Of a DNA stretch of 38,978 bases, positions 36,822 through 38,978 are shown one piece after another; the stretch's first letter is position 1, and each line of letters begins with the position of its first letter. Position numbers and translations under genes: made by a program. Source of the DNA: a virus. Lineage: Duplodnaviria > Heunggongvirae > Uroviricota > Caudoviricetes. The stretch lies in IMG/VR virus record IMGVR_UViG_2645728091_000012; one strand, written 5' to 3'. The notes under the pieces are model-generated. The model did no database searches. It was not told where the DNA came from and saw only the letters and a list, made by a program, of their open reading frames with translations.

Positions 36822-37715
36822 ATGAAAAATATAATTTTTTCTATAGGTGCATCATTTATATCAATTAGTGTACTGCCTGTTCACGCAGCAACTGAACATA
36901 ATAACTTCAATGCAGTACTCCAGTGCCGAGCAATAGAAAATAATAAAGACAGACTTTCTTGTTACGATAAGTCAATACAACCGACTCGAACGAAAGTTGC
37001 TGAAAAATTCGAAAGCAGAGATCAATGCCCTGATGAGAAAGATGATGACAGACGTTTATCTTGTTATGATCGTTTTTTTTCTCCAACATTTACTCCATCT
37101 GTAAACTCAAAATCTAAAACGGAAAAGCTAGTAACAACAGAGGCTCAGCAACCAAATCTTTCTGAGATATCTAAATGCCGAGCAGAAAATGATAAAGAAG
37201 CCAGACTAAACTGCTACGATAAACTATTCCCACAGGATAAAGCTGTTCAAGCTGAATCAAAATTAGAGAAAGCCACAGATGTAGGAAAATGGCACACATC
37301 CATTACTACATCGCCAATTGATGATTCGAAAAATGTAATTTTATCGTTAGAAAGTGATGATTATATCAGAACTCCATTTGGAGAAGCGGTTACTCCTACT
37401 CTGTTTATAGCTTGCCGAGAAAAGAAAACCGAAGTATTTCTTAGTTGGGATGTATATTTAGGCCTTGAACAAACCAGCATGCTTTATCGTCTTGATAAAC
37501 AGAAAGCAGTTGAGCGAAACTGGCTAGTATCTACAGATACAAAGGCTGTTTTTTATAAAGGTAATGACATTGATTTCATCCGAAAACTAGCCAACTCAAA
37601 CAAAATGTATACAAAAATAACTCCTTATAATGAGAGCCCTGTAAGTGCAACTTTCAATTTAAACGGCCTGTCAAACGCGCTAAAACCACTTCAAGCTGCT
37701 TGTAACTGGAAATAG
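36822..37715 (+). CDS. Exported protein with three Cys-pair repeats (hypothetical)
   Basis: Sec-type signal peptide (..VLPVHA/ATE); three repeats of C-x(9-12)-RL[SN]CYD[KR]; AT-rich; 4 bp after previous gene. Confidence 0.6.
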   Translation: MKNIIFSIGASFISISVLPVHAATEHNNFNAVLQCRAIENNKDRLSCYDKSIQPTRTKVAEKFESRDQCPDEKDDDRRLSCYDRFFSPTFTPSVNSKSKTEKLVTTEAQQPNLSEISKCRAENDKEARLNCYDKLFPQDKAVQAESKLEKATDVGKWHTSITTSPIDDSKNVILSLESDDYIRTPFGEAVTPTLFIACREKKTEVFLSWDVYLGLEQTSMLYRLDKQKAVERNWLVSTDTKAVFYKGNDIDFIRKLANSNKMYTKITPYNESPVSATFNLNGLSNALKPLQAACNWK

Positions 37716-37743
37716 CATAAATCATGTGGCTTAGCCACAATCA

Positions 37744-37785
37744 CAGATAACACAAAGCCCGTGAAAACGGGCTTTGTGTTATCTG
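37744..37785 (+). terminator. Strong hairpin after the exported-protein gene
   Basis: Perfect 18-bp inverted repeat CAGATAACACAAAGCCCG / CGGGCTTTGTGTTATCTG with 6-nt loop. Confidence 0.5.
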
Positions 37786-37798
37786 TAACTCGAAAATG

Positions 37799-37817
37799 TG
37801 GTCACTACGTGGACACG
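37799..37817. other. Candidate attR core (imperfect direct repeat of 11-29)
   Basis: GTGGTCACTACGTGGACAC vs GTGGACACTGCGTGGACAC at 11-29 (17 of 19 identical); the left copy overlaps the integrase 3' end. Confidence 0.35.
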
Positions 37818-37982
37818 TGCTGATATAAATCCTTTTATATCAATAAATTAAATCATCATTTTTTTCATCAACAAGGATTTTCACGTTTGTGTTACCTGTA
37901 TGAGACGAGAGTTAACCAGACAAGTGTGCCATAATCTCGCGGCCAGGCATACTTGCGAAGATTTCAGGTATAAGGATACGTA

Positions 37983-38978
37983 ATGATACAACCTATTTCC
38001 GGCCCTCCTCCTGGGCAACCACCAGGTCAGGGAGATAACCTGCCGTCTGGCGCGGGCAATCAGCCTTTATCCAGTCAGCAACGTACTTCGCTGGAAAGCT
38101 TAATGACGAAAGTGACCTCACTGACGCAACAACAAAGAGCAGAACTGTGGGCGGGTATCAGGCACGATATTGGTCTATCGGGAGATTCACCGCTGCTTTC
38201 GCGTCACTTCCCTGCCGCTGAGCATAATCTGGCGCAACGTCTGTTGGCCGCGCAAAAAAGCCATTCTGCCCGCCAGCTTTTAGCGCAATTAGGGGAGTAT
38301 TTACGTCTGGGGAATAATCGTCAGGCGGTCACGGAGTATATCCGTCATAACTTTGGTCAGACGCCGCTGAATCAGCTCTCACCGGAGCAATTAAAAACCA
38401 TTCTCACCCTGTTGCAGGAAGGGAAGATGGTTATTCCGCAACCACAGCAGCGCGAGGCGACCGACCGTCCTTTATTACCGGCGGAGCACAATGCGCTCAA
38501 ACAGCTGGTGACCAAACTTGCGGCAGCAACGGGGGAACCCAGCAAACAGATCTGGCAATCGATGCTGGAACTTTCCGGGGTGAAAGATGGCGAGTTAATT
38601 CCAGCGAAACTGTTTAACCATCTGGTGACCTGGCTACAGGCGCGTCAGACGCTAAGCCAGCAAAATACGCCGACACTGGAATCACTACAGATGGCGCTAA
38701 AACAACCTTTAGATGCCAGTGAACTGGCGGCGTTATCGACATATATCCAACAAAAATATGGCCTTTCTGCGCAATCATTGCTTTCTTCTTCCCAGGCCGA
38801 GGATATTCTTAACCAGCTTTATCAACGGCGGGTTAAAGGGATTGAACCGCGTGATATGCAACCGCTGCTTAATCCTTTTCCACCGATGATGGACACGTTG
38901 CAAAATATGGCAACGCGTCCCGCGCTGTGGATACTGTTAGTCGCGATTATCCTGATTCTGGTCTGGCTGGTTCGTTAA
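37983..38978 (+). CDS. flk: Host gene, Flk-like (flagellar regulator, C-terminal membrane anchor); assignment from memory
   Basis: 331-aa ORF with Pro/Gln-rich N-terminus and C-terminal hydrophobic anchor (ALWILLVAIILILVWLV); outside the phage gene set. Confidence 0.5.
   Translation: MIQPISGPPPGQPPGQGDNLPSGAGNQPLSSQQRTSLESLMTKVTSLTQQQRAELWAGIRHDIGLSGDSPLLSRHFPAAEHNLAQRLLAAQKSHSARQLLAQLGEYLRLGNNRQAVTEYIRHNFGQTPLNQLSPEQLKTILTLLQEGKMVIPQPQQREATDRPLLPAEHNALKQLVTKLAAATGEPSKQIWQSMLELSGVKDGELIPAKLFNHLVTWLQARQTLSQQNTPTLESLQMALKQPLDASELAALSTYIQQKYGLSAQSLLSSSQAEDILNQLYQRRVKGIEPRDMQPLLNPFPPMMDTLQNMATRPALWILLVAIILILVWLVR

Overview
This window is almost entirely one P2-like (Peduovirus-type) temperate myophage prophage of an enterobacterial host, read from sequence motifs and gene order alone (no database search was possible). 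It runs from the integrase at the left edge (1-1020, minus strand) through C repressor/Cox, an early operon and the rolling-circle replication protein A, a probable cos region, then the head, lysis and tail genes, ending at ogr (35632-35892). Host-like DNA, including a flk-like gene (37983-38978), follows. Three AT-rich accessory insertions stand out against the GC-richer phage backbone. The strongest candidate for an undescribed system is a two-gene cassette at the position P2 uses for tin/old (8135-10695): a Dam-family N6-adenine methyltransferase followed 17 bp later by an OLD-like ABC-ATPase/TOPRIM nuclease. The second is a 340-aa unknown protein inserted antisense between tail gene D and ogr (34418-35440). 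The third is a hok-like type I toxin plus two small exported/membrane proteins between ogr and a candidate attR. The tail region also carries a Gin/Hin-type invertible tail-fibre switch, and the sheath-to-U gene block lies inverted relative to gene D. All coordinates and family assignments are hypotheses from reading the sequence.
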